Shown here one piece after another: positions 53,511-64,000 of a stretch of DNA of 64,000 nucleotides (positions within the stretch are counted from its first letter, which is position 1; each line of letters opens with the position of its first letter). The notes under the pieces were generated by a model, which worked only from the letters and a program-made list of their open reading frames with translations, was not told the origin of the DNA and did no database searches. Origin of the DNA: Lama glama (Eukaryota); NCBI GenBank assembly GCA_028534125.1, contig CM052818.1, forward strand, positions 21,702,001 through 21,766,000, in the 5' to 3' direction. The position numbers and the translations under genes were made by a program.

Positions 53511-54756
53511 CTAAACATAAAGAAGCAAAATGCTTAGTTACATTAACTACACATTGTTTTCATAAGGTTTAATAGAGGTTTTGTCTGTTAATGACTTTCC
53601 ATCATAGGTCACCTCCACATACAAAACAAGCACAGCCCTCAGTAGCATATTGTGACCTATGGAGCACAGCAGGGTCTGAACATGATGAACTTTGAATAAG
53701 TGCAATTACGCGCTCCCATTCTTCCCTCATATTTGAATTCAGAAAATGTTACACTGGTAATTGATGCTATGAGCATGCTCCGAAAGTTTAAAGAATCCAC
53801 TTAAAATGAAAGCATGAAACCACAATGAAAGATAGGACTCGGGAGAAACTGGGAACATAGCTCTTCTCCTCCATGCCTAGTTCCTTAAAGGTCACTCCAA
53901 AGTGAGAGAAAATAACCAACTAAGCACCCAGTCATGAAGGGCTCTCCCACCAGACGGGGAGAGTCTTGAGGGAAAGACTGCACCTTTCATTTCTGCTTCC
54001 CTTGTCACCGACACAGCACCCTCTACTTAGGGAACCAGTCGTGGAATGAAAGAATGAGGTATCAAGCCTGAATGAGTCAAACGTGGTGTGATGCTGCTGG
54101 GACTGAAAAAGGACAGAACGACCCCTGGCTGCGAGGCATCTACAGAGTTGCTGGGGACTCATGAGACATGAGAAGTTTACCTAATGCAAGGCAGGATGCT
54201 ATTCAACATCACAAGAGGAGATTTCTCCATCTGAGGGCTGCTAGAGCTCCAAGGTCAACTTTAACAGGGGTGGGCTCCACCAGTCAAGGAAAAGCTAGAG
54301 CTTGAACTTGGCCAGTAGGATTTCGTCAGGGAGTGAGATCTGGAAGAACGTTCTGGGCTGGTGGTGGGACAGCATGAGCCAAGCCTGGAGGCAGAGACTG
54401 ACTTGACCTGTATCGGGGCGGTTAGGAGGACCAGGGGACCTTGAAAAGCAGAGGGCACAGGTCTCAGCTCCCCTCCACACCCCCAGGCAACCCCTCCCAG
54501 CTGGGTCTACTCCTGCACCCACCGAGAGCTTCCCTTCTGCAAAGGGCCAGTGGCCCTCCCACCTCTCCCTTCAGCTCAATCCTTGCTGAAAGGAAGATTT
54601 TACAGGAATGTGTGTATATCACATTAGAGTAGAACCTCCTGTTATTTAAAGTACTAGGGTGAAGTCGCCGATTTCATCTAGTGGGGGGAACAGAGCTATA
54701 GATCCCAAAGGAGCACTGTCCCCTAAATCACTTGTTTGATTTTAAGTGTGTTTTTT

Positions 54757-55050
54757 CAGAAACAGATTCACAGACTTAGAAAACAAACTTACGGTTACCC
54801 CGGGGCATAGGGGGTGGGAAAGGATGAATTCGGAGTTTGAGATTTGCAGATACTATCATATAGAAAATAAACAAGTTTCTTCTGTACAGCACAGGGAACT
54901 ATATTCAATATCTTGTAGTAACTTATAATGAAAAAGAATATGAAAAGAAATACATGTATGTATATGTATGACTAAAACATTATGCTGTATACTAGAAATT
55001 GACACAACACTGTAAACTGACTATACTTCAATTAAAAAAAAAAACAAAGA
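54757..55050 (+). mobile_element. L1 3' UTR fragment (same subtype as the 2034-3363 copy)
   Basis: cagaaacagattcacagacttagaaaacaaactt...tgactatacttcaatt plus poly(A); TSD aagtgtgttt at 54744 and 55054. Confidence 0.9.
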
Positions 55051-55386
55051 ATGAAGTGTGTTTCTTGTATCTACATGTGGATATGGGGTCTCTGGAGTGC
55101 TGCAGTTCAAGGGTCCAAAGGTCTCTCTGTGCAGAATACAGGCTTAATACTGCTGTTGTCAATTCCCTTCAAGGTGAGATTTTAAATGGCAAAGCTTGAA
55201 TAAATTTTTCAAATCTAAGAGCAGGCTCTGCTGCTGACAACGCTTGTCATGGACACAGATGACCTGAATAATCTTAACCTGGCTCTACCCAGTGGAATTT
55301 TTATTTGGGGCAGAAAGCCCACAGATTTATTCTTACTAGCATCTTTACTCCTTATCAAATTGATTTATACAATAAGTATTGGGAAT

Positions 55387-55675
55387 CTATATACAAAACA
55401 GAAACAGACTTACAGACATAGGAAACAAACCAAAGGGGAAAGGGAGGGAGGAGGAGCTTGGGGTTAACAGATACAAACTACTATACATAAAATAGATAAG
55501 AAACAAGGATTCACTACACAGCACAGGGAACTATACTCAACATCTTGTAATAAACCTCTCATGGAAAATAATCTGAAAAAAAATATATATATATATATAT
55601 AAAACTGAATCATTCTGCTGTACACCTGAAACTAACACAATATTGTAAATCAACTATATTTCAATTAAGAAAAAA
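55387..55675 (+). mobile_element. L1 3' UTR fragment (same subtype as the 35395-37410 copy)
   Basis: acaaaacagaaacagacttacagacatag...cagatacaaactactata...caactatatttcaatt plus A tail; TSD-like aagtatt(g/t)...gaat. Confidence 0.88.
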
Positions 55676-56039
55676 AAGTATTTGAATTCTAACTGCGACT
55701 AGGCACTTAGCTAAGCCCTGGAATTACAACCGTGAGCAAAATATGATACAACGTAGACACAGTCCTAGGTCTCATGGATTTTTTAGAATCCCCAACTAGA
55801 CAAACAGTAAGGCAAAAATGTTTAAACCACAGGTGTGATCAAGCTTTAAAGGAGAGGAACATGGTAATACAAGCCTGCGAAAGAGCAGGATCTGCCTGGG
55901 AGATCAGCACAGCGGGAGGGCAGGAAGTGAAGGCAGCTGGTTAGAGATTCCGCCAGAGAAGTCACCAGATAGGAAGGCACCTTATCTGTAGAAAAGGATC
56001 TGTATGGAGACTTTCCTCATCTGTGGTCGTGGGCTCCAA

Positions 56040-56235
56040 GCGCCCACTTAGCATGAAACTAACCAAGCTTACGTTTCAGGACCCTTCACTGTGTGAGCCC
56101 CTTTCAACCCACATTCTTTTCTCCTTCTAAACAAACACTCATTTTTTTCTGTGCCTAATTTTATACTCTCTTTATTTTCAGAAGGCCCCATATTTTACAA
56201 GCTTCAGATCACACACAACCCGGGTCCACCCCCAG
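56040..56235. mobile_element. MER96-like hAT MITE
   Basis: aagcttacgtttcaggaccc...ggccccatattttacaagcttcag...aacccgggtccaccccc; family assignment from memory. Confidence 0.55.
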
Positions 56236-57136
56236 GTGGCGCTGTTCTTTACCAGCAGGAACTTTGGAAGAGGATCGGGGTGGGGCTGGGGCACAGATAA
56301 CCATAATGGATCCAGGCAGCCTCTGACAAAAACGTGGAGAAACATTAAACACCATGCCGTTTGTAAACAGTAAGCTTTTGAGCACTGATTTCCTAGAATA
56401 AAGCTACTTATTTTCTTCATGGAGTCCTCATTCATGCTGGGGATCTCAGCATTGCTAATCACTGACCCAACTTTAAAGAATGAGAAATGCGCACCCCAGC
56501 ACAGACATATGGCCTGGCAGGGATTTTCACTGCAGTCCAGTGAGAGGTGTTATCATTGTCTGATGAGACAAAACAGCAAAACCTGGATGCTTGTTTATGA
56601 GGGTAAAATTTCAAATGCTGAGGTTTTTCACCCAGATAATCTAAAATTTGATCTTGAAAAATATTTGCTTCATGCTACTTATTCTCAACCAGGTGAAAAA
56701 AGAGAGCTCCAGATTTTAATCGTTAACCCTCTCTTCATGCCAATTAAGCTCCCCCAGGGTGCCGGACACGGAAATGGGCACACAGCCTGATTCCTCCAGG
56801 TCTGGGTGACACATGCGGGGACCATGGGACTCTGAGGACAGTACACCATGTCCCCGATTCCCATCCAACTCCCACAACATCACACAGTCCTGATTCTTCC
56901 ACTGGCACATTTTCATTCTTTTCTCCCTAAACAACTCGCTGCTCTGAGTAGAAAAGGGAGTCAGTTGGACATTACTGACACCCATATTCTCAAAACCCTG
57001 AGGCAAACCCTTCCTTTTGAGATGACTGAAGTTACTGGGTCCATTTACCTAAAAAGCCAGGCTTGAGACAGAGAAAAGCTCTGCTCTTACACGTGATGAT
57101 ATATAAGACACCCTCTTGAGAATGACATAAATCCCA

Positions 57137-57236
57137 NNNNNNNNNNNNNNNNNNNNNNNNNNNNNNNNNNNNNNNNNNNNNNNNNNNNNNNNNNNNNNNN
57201 NNNNNNNNNNNNNNNNNNNNNNNNNNNNNNNNNNNN
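57137..57236. other. Assembly gap (100 N) in SLC3A1 intron 4
   Basis: Run of exactly 100 N; true size unknown. Confidence 0.99.
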
Positions 57237-57929
57237 ATAATAACCTCCCTTGCAGGGATTTTATGAGGATTAAATGAATTATTGCTGCCAGAGTCAACTG
57301 ACACTTTGGTCTTTACATTACTTGATCTCTCTGCCATGCTGGACACTGCTGACTAACCTTGTCTTCTAGAAATACTCATGGCCCTTAGCCCAGGATACCA
57401 CGCTCCTGGTTTGCCCCTCCTCTGTCTGCTCTGCAGTCCTTTAACGATTAATACTCCTCTGGGCTCCATCTTACACCCTCTGTTCATTTCACTTCACAGC
57501 TGTATTTACTCATTTATCTATCATTTACTGATTATTTAACAAGTACTTACACAGTAAGGAACACACTGTCCTAAGAGCTTCACAAAGGTCAAACCATGGA
57601 ATCCCGAAAGAACCCCACAAAGTATGTACCATTATTGTTCCTATTTTATCATCGAGGGAATTGAGGCACAAGAAGACGATGTACCTTGATGAAGGTCATG
57701 TGGCAAGTAAGTGGTGCCTCAGAACTGGAACCCGGTGGCACTCTTATCCATTTGCTGTGCAGCCCTCCTTGATTTTCATTTTTTAATTGGAGGACCTGCT
57801 AACAGCTCATTCCCACAGACCACAATCCACTCAAGCTAAGTTACAACTGGCCCTTGTTCAACTCAGCCGGCCCAGTTCTCCCACTGATATTACCTGCCTG
57901 ACCTCTGTGGGCACTGTCCATGTCGACAA

Positions 57930-58740
57930 ACCCCGAAGTTTTATCTCTAGACCAGAATTCCCCTGAGCTCCATGGCATTATATCCAGCTGTCCATTGAAC
58001 ACTCAGATGTCTCGCAGACAGCTCAAACTCCACACAACTAAGACCATGCCCACCCGCCGCCCCCAATCTTTCTGTGTCTCCCATCTCAGGAAATGGCACC
58101 ATCACCCAGTTAGCTTTCGAATCTGAAACCTGGGGGTCACACCAGGCTCCTCTCTAAAGCCGGATGACTTCTCTGCAACCCCACACCACCCTCACTGGCC
58201 CGAAGTCCCCACCATTTTTCCCTGATGACCGCACCACCCACCTCCCCGGTCCCTGTGCCTTTAAACCTGCCTTACTCAAACCCCTCTCCAAAACTAAACT
58301 GATTTTTTCCAAATGCAAATCAAAAATTATTTCCCTGCTTTTAAGCCCAAATCTCTACCATGGCCTCCAGTGCTGCTCATGACCTGGTTCCTACCAACCT
58401 ATCTAGTCTTGTCCAGTCACATCCCTTCTCTGTACATGTGTCTCTTCACTTGGCTCATTTTTATTCATCCTCTAGGTATCACTGCTTCCTCTGAAAACCC
58501 TTTCCTAGTCTCTCCTACTTTGCGTCCAGGTGAGGTGCCTGCCTCGCATACTCTGACTTGCCACTGACCCCACTGACATGATCACTCAGTGCACTTTGTT
58601 GTAATTTCCTGTCGGTCCACCTTGCCCTCCATAAGATAATGTGATAGCCCATGACCGCCACAATCCTGTGTCTGCCTTACCGACCATCAGACCCCGATGT
58701 TTGGTTAATACACAACACACATTGTTAAGTAAGTGAATGA
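57930..58740 (+). mobile_element. L2 3' region relic
   Basis: C-rich L2 text (tatatccagctgtccattgaac, catctcaggaaatggcacc, tgaaacctgggggtca) ending ttgttaagtaagtgaatga. Confidence 0.65.
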
Positions 58741-58798
58741 TTTATAACGAAGTGCGCGGCATATTGGCAGGGCAATAAATGGGGCTGTTATTAGCATG

Positions 58799-58843
58799 AA
58801 GCACAGAGCTGGCTTATAAAGCACAGAGCTGGCTTATAAAGCA
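58799..58843. repeat. Perfect 20-nt tandem duplication
   Basis: aagcacagagctggcttata twice, plus aagca. Confidence 0.95.
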
Positions 58844-60179
58844 GGTAGTGAGTAAGTGATTTTGAATTGAGCTCCTTGTCCCTAGCAATGCCATGCTCAG
58901 TAAGCGCAGAGCAGAGCCGACATTTATGCTCTGGAGGCCATTGTAAGCCAGGAGGGCATCTTGGCTCCTGGTCCCCAGCTGCTGTGAACACCCTAACTCA
59001 GTGATCCCCATAGTGGGTCCAGGCCAACCGGAGTTTCTTCCCTGCTCTGCAGCTAACCCACTGGGTCTCTTTACCTCTCCGGGGCTCAATTCCCTCCTTT
59101 GTCAAATAAGGGATATGCAGGGCAAATAAAAACTGAAGTGATTGGGAAAAAAATACTATACAAATGTAAGTCCCTACCTCCTCTGAGAAGACTTCCTGAC
59201 TTCTCTAGCTGAAAACACTCAAGCCCCGAGAGATTCAGGGCAGGGCCGAGGCCCCTAAGGGCCAGCGCAGGGGGAAGGACAAAGAGGAGGGAGGAGGGTG
59301 CTCTGGGCTCTAAGCCTCGGTTTCCTTCTCTGTAAAGTGGCCCAGGTGGGATGTGCCCAGCACGCCAGCCTCCCAGTGTGCAGAGAAACTGAAATCTGAT
59401 GGGAATCAGGAGGAAGAAGGCTCAGGCTCTGTGAGCACAAGCAGGAGTCAGTCCAAATGCCTCCCCACCACAAGCCCTTGCGGCTGCAAATTATTAACCT
59501 CCTTAACTCTGCGGCAGAGATAAGTGCTGCCGGAGGGCAGGAGGGTGTCAGAAGTCCCCTCGTGTGAAAGGTCCCTTTCCAAAAGCAAAGAGCCCTCCCT
59601 TCCAGCTTTCAGCCTTTCTTATTTACTTCTAATAGTAAATCTTTTAAACCAGCCTTCCAAAAATGGCTAACCTCTCAACCAGAGGCAGTAATGATTCATC
59701 TCAAGAAGGATTCCATCCTGCAGGACTAGTAAATAAGGCTCCTATTCACATCTTCCATTACTTGAGTGACTGCAAGAGAACAGCTGGGTTAGTCAAAAAA
59801 TAATTAACGTATTGCGGGCACATTACAGCAAGATCTCTCACACTCGTCTAAACATCTCCAAACAATCCATCACTACTGCCCCAAGGAGCCTAGAGAAATC
59901 TGCTGCCTGATAAACCAACTGGTTCACACTCTCCCATTTATGACTTTCCAGTTGAAAACCTCCTTGCAAAAACTGTGCTGGAAAAGTGAAACACACAGAG
60001 AGAAACAATGTGCGTCAAATCAGGTGTGGAGTTATGAACAAGAACGTGGACTCTGGAATCACGGTGCCTGGGTTTGAATCCTGTTCCCTCACTCCCAAGG
60101 TGGGTGACTTCACCTCTCTATGCCTCAGTTTCCTTCTGTGTAAAATGGTCATAAAATCTCCTAAGTTAGGCTTATTCTA

Positions 60180-61080
60180 AGCATTACTATAGCAATGCAG
60201 ACAACATGGTACTGGCATTAAGGACAGACATACAGATTCATGGAACAGAACAGTCTAGAAATAAATAAACCCTGACATTGATGATCAACTGATTTTCACA
60301 AGGGTTCCCAGACAGTTCAATGGTGAGAGAATAAGTTTTTGTAAACATGTGTTGCTGGGATAACTGGAGAGCTACATGCAAAGGAATGAAGCAGAAAGTT
60401 AAAAGGCAACCTACAGAAAGGAAGAAAGCTAATTGCAAATCACATACCCAGAGTATATGAAAAACTCTCATAATTCAACAGCAAAAAAAGACAAATAACA
60501 CAGTTTTTTAATGGACAAATGATTTGAATAGACGTTTGTCCAATGAAAATAGACAAACTATAAGCACATGAAAAGATGCTCAACACCATTAGCTACCAGG
60601 GAAACGCATGTCCATGAAACACCACTTCACACCGACTAGGATGACTATAATCAAAAATACAGACAGTAACGAGCGTTGGTGGGTGAGGATGCAGAGAAAC
60701 CGCAACCTACGTATATTGCTAGTAAAAATGTAAAATGGGCCAGCTGCTTTGGAAAACAGTTTCTCAAATATTTAGATACAGATTATAACTACAGCTATAT
60801 AGATACTGTGTGGTTCCATTTATACGAAACGTTCAGAACAGGCAAATCCAGAGAGGCAGAAAGCAGGTTAGTGGCTGCCACGGCTCAGGGAGGAAGTAAC
60901 CGGACCACGGGAGTGACTTCTAATGGATATGGGGTTTCTTTTGGGGGTGATGAAAGTGTTCAGAAATTAGTAGTGATGCTTGTGAATATACTAAAACCAC
61001 TGAATTATACACTTGAAAGGGGTGAATTTTAGAGTATGTAAATTATAATGCAATAAAACTTATTAAAAACAAAATGAGAA
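60180..61080 (+). mobile_element. Decayed old L1 3' region with internal deletions
   Basis: Patches of ORF2 end (ggtactggcat, aaaaggcaacctacagaa, aaaagatgctcaacaccatt) and 3' UTR (gggtttcttttgggggtgatgaaagtgttc...caataaa). Confidence 0.8.
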
Positions 61081-61522
61081 CAAAGTAAGGGAAGCAGGTG
61101 CCCTTATGACTCCAACGTGGCAGCCCGCATCCTCTTCCTCCGGCTGACATGGCGAGCTTTAGAAAGGGACCCGCATCTCTCTGATGTGTTCTGTTTGGAT
61201 CTCCTCCCCGCCACCGCAGCATGCCACCCCAGTAACCTAAAGTCTCGCCCATTATGGCCACAGCAGTAGCAGTAATGACAGCAGTAATATGGCTGATGTG
61301 TACTGTGAATTATGTGTCAGGTTATTGTTGGCACTGCTACCACACAGGTCACCTCACCTGGGTCACTGTGGGAAATCTAATCTGTATGAACCACAGAGGA
61401 ATCTTCTGTGGCTCTGCATGTCTCCCTTACAAAGCAGTCAAGGCCTTATGGGCTTCAAGGCCCCAGCCTCCTTTCTGCACCCCAGCTCCCTAACTCTCCC
61501 TCATTCCACTGCAGTGCACTGG

Positions 61523-61691
61523 TAGGGTTGCCAGGTAAAACACAGGATGACCAGTTAAGTTTTAATTTCAGGTAAGCAATGAATAATTTTTAAGTAGAAG
61601 CAGGTCTCAAATATTACACTATCCATTGTTCATTGGAAATTAAAATTTAACTGAGTGTCCTGTAATTTCATTTGCTGTATCTGGCGGCCCA
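61523..61691. mobile_element. MER53 palindromic hAT MITE
   Basis: tagggttgccagg...caggatgaccagttaagttttaatttcagg ... gaaattaaaatttaactgagtgtcctg...ctggcggccca; self-complementary arms; gtgcac on both flanks. Confidence 0.85.
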
Positions 61692-62475
61692 GTGCACCAG
61701 CCTCCAGGTCATTTCTGAAACACGAAGAGCTCAGTCCCCCCCACCCCCAAGAGAACTGTGCATTTGCTCTTCTCTCTGTCTGAAATTCTCTTCCCCCCAG
61801 ATGTTCACAGGGCTCCTCTTCAAACATCAGGTTTTTGTGCAAACAGGACCTCATCATAGCAGTGTCTCTGAACCAGCTTCTCCCTGGCACTCCGAAGCTC
61901 TTTACCCTAAACCTTCATCAGCACCTGACGTGGTATATATTCAGCCGTTCACTGTCTGCCTTCCCCTCGGTATGCTGGGAATTCCTTGCGCGCAGGGCGC
62001 CTTTCGCTCACTGCCGCATTCCCAGCGCTGAGAATGGGACCCGGCGTGGCGCAGACAGTAAGTTAACACTTACTGAGTGAACACAGAAGTGTTGTGCATG
62101 GGTTATCTCACCTCATATTCCCAAAAGTCCTCTGAGACAAAGCCTGCCATCGATTATGTTTCATAGATGAGGGATCCAAGACACAGAAAAGCCCAGTAAC
62201 TCACCTAGAAGTCCTCTGCAGCCGATGGTGGGGCTGGGTCCAGTCACGGGAGCTGGATCCGGGAGCCCCGGTCTGGCCCATCTCACTGCACCAGCTCATC
62301 ACAGGCAGAGGGGCAACTCAGAGCTAAAGTAACAGGTGTTTTCCTCTCCCTCCCATTTCGATTCTTTGGGGTTAGAGGAAGGAAGGGGCCACCGACACGC
62401 CTCAGAGTCTCTATTGGCATCAGACACCCTAATTCCAGAATTTAGTTATACTGCCTGGTTTTGCCCACACAATTA

Positions 62476-62679
<204 letters not shown>

Positions 62680-63570
62680 CTAGCAAACAGAAAAGAGCAC
62701 ACTCGTTACTTAGCATAGTTCCTATGACAGCATCGCCCACAGAGAAATGATCGCTGCCATCCCCAGCCCCATGCAGACTGAGTGACTGCACAAAGTCCCA
62801 GAATCTTCCTTCTAACAAAAGCAGTAAGTAAATTAATTCCCTAAAATGCCACCTGCTGGCCTAATAATGCCCCACAAATGAGGGTGTGATGTGTCTGTAC
62901 GCAGGAGCTGTTCATAACAACCACAAAATCAAACCAGTGCTCTCAAACGCAGGGCAAGCTCAACTTAAGGAGTAGACATTTCTAATGCATTTTCTTGAAA
63001 TTTCTGTCCAGGCTCTGGACTCCTGTTTGTGAAGAAAAGCAAACGATGGTCAGTTTTGGAGAAAGACACATTCCATTGTCTTGGAGCTTGAATCCAGGTA
63101 GGGTGAGTAAACTGTATCCTCAGAAAAGTGTTAGGATCATACAATTTAAAACTCTACTAGTCCTCGGAGAAAAAAGAAACCGAACAACTTCGAGTGCTGG
63201 TACCCAGCAGCCTTTGCTAAGCTTTCCTCCTCATAAAGATGCTCACGTCCTTGGCTCCATGATTGGCCCTCACTGCACTTCTCAGTCTCCTCTGAGGGTC
63301 CTTAAATGTGGGAGTTCTCTGTCTTGGGACATTTGTCCATTTCATGCTAAAGAGAACATCTGGACAACTTTCAAACATTGGGGGATTTTGCATAAATATT
63401 TTCTTTTTAATTGGAAGACCTTGCCACACTGGAACAACCGGCCCAAGCTAAGAAGTAGACTCTGTCTTTCAAGGAAACGTGCCCTCGCCACCTCATGGCC
63501 CACCTGGATATACACCAGGGTAAGATTTTTACAGTATATATAGCCAAGAAAAGATCAGTATACAGAATAT

Positions 63571-63648
63571 AAAAAAAAAAAAAAGAAGGAAAGGAAAGAA
63601 GGAAGGAAGGAAGGAAGGAAGGAAGGAAGGAAGGAAGGAAGGAAGGAA

Positions 63649-63706
<58 letters not shown>

Positions 63707-63715
63707 AGAAAGAAA
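63571..63715. repeat. Compound poly(A)-(GGAA)n-(GAAA)n purine microsatellite
   Basis: ~145 nt of uninterrupted purines on the + strand. Confidence 0.95.
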
Positions 63716-64000
63716 CCTCCTCAAATCTATTTCAAAAGGACAAAAAAATTCAACAAAAAATTGGGGAAAGAAACCATACGCGGGTGTTGCACAAAAATGG
63801 AAGCTCAAATGAAGAAATGTATGAAATGATGTTCCACATCATTAGTAATTAAATAAATTCTACATTAATAATTAGTAATTAGATAAATAATCAGTAGCAT
63901 TTGGATATATGTAAAATTAATACCTCAGTGTGATATCAAGTTGTTTCCCTGGTAAAAATCACAAAGTATGGCAGTACCAGCAATTAATGAGATTATTATT

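Noticed and set aside
55960..56030. Imperfect inverted repeat (accagataggaag / tttcctcatctgtggt) as a miRNA-like hairpin
   Set aside because: The stem is short and interrupted, compatible with chance.
62995..63808. 182-aa and 133-aa ORFs near the right edge
   Set aside because: No recognisable homology or splice context; the second simply translates the purine microsatellite (SFFL/PSFL repeats).

Overview
Mammalian genomic DNA, orthologous to the human 2p21 'hypotonia-cystinuria' locus. It holds three genes. (1) The 5' end of CAMKMT (calmodulin-lysine N-methyltransferase; minus strand, coding exons 1-2). (2) A complete PREPL gene (plus strand), head-to-head with CAMKMT across a CpG-rich bidirectional promoter. 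Its 14 coding exons all have GT-AG boundaries and join to 2184 nt = 727 aa plus stop; a shorter 638-aa form starts at 14469. (3) Exons 4-10 of SLC3A1/rBAT (minus strand), tail-to-tail with PREPL. Eight copies of a tRNA-Ala(AGC)-derived SINE that I recognise as the camelid Vic-1 type, with no Alu or Bov-type SINEs seen, suggest a camelid genome. The introns carry L1 fragments, two ERV1-type LTRs, several hAT/Tigger MITEs, MIR/L2/MLT relics, microsatellites and one 100-N assembly gap. I found no new gene family or biological system. The best leads are regulatory or evolutionary: PREPL's first canonical poly(A) signal lies beyond the last SLC3A1 exon, inside that exon's splice-acceptor region; a uORF cluster precedes the mitochondrial-type long PREPL start; there is a NAGNAG acceptor; inverted SINE pairs bracket exon blocks; direct L1 repeats bracket the promoter; and rBAT differs from human at positions of reported cystinuria variants. 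Human comparisons and repeat family names are from memory, not from a search.
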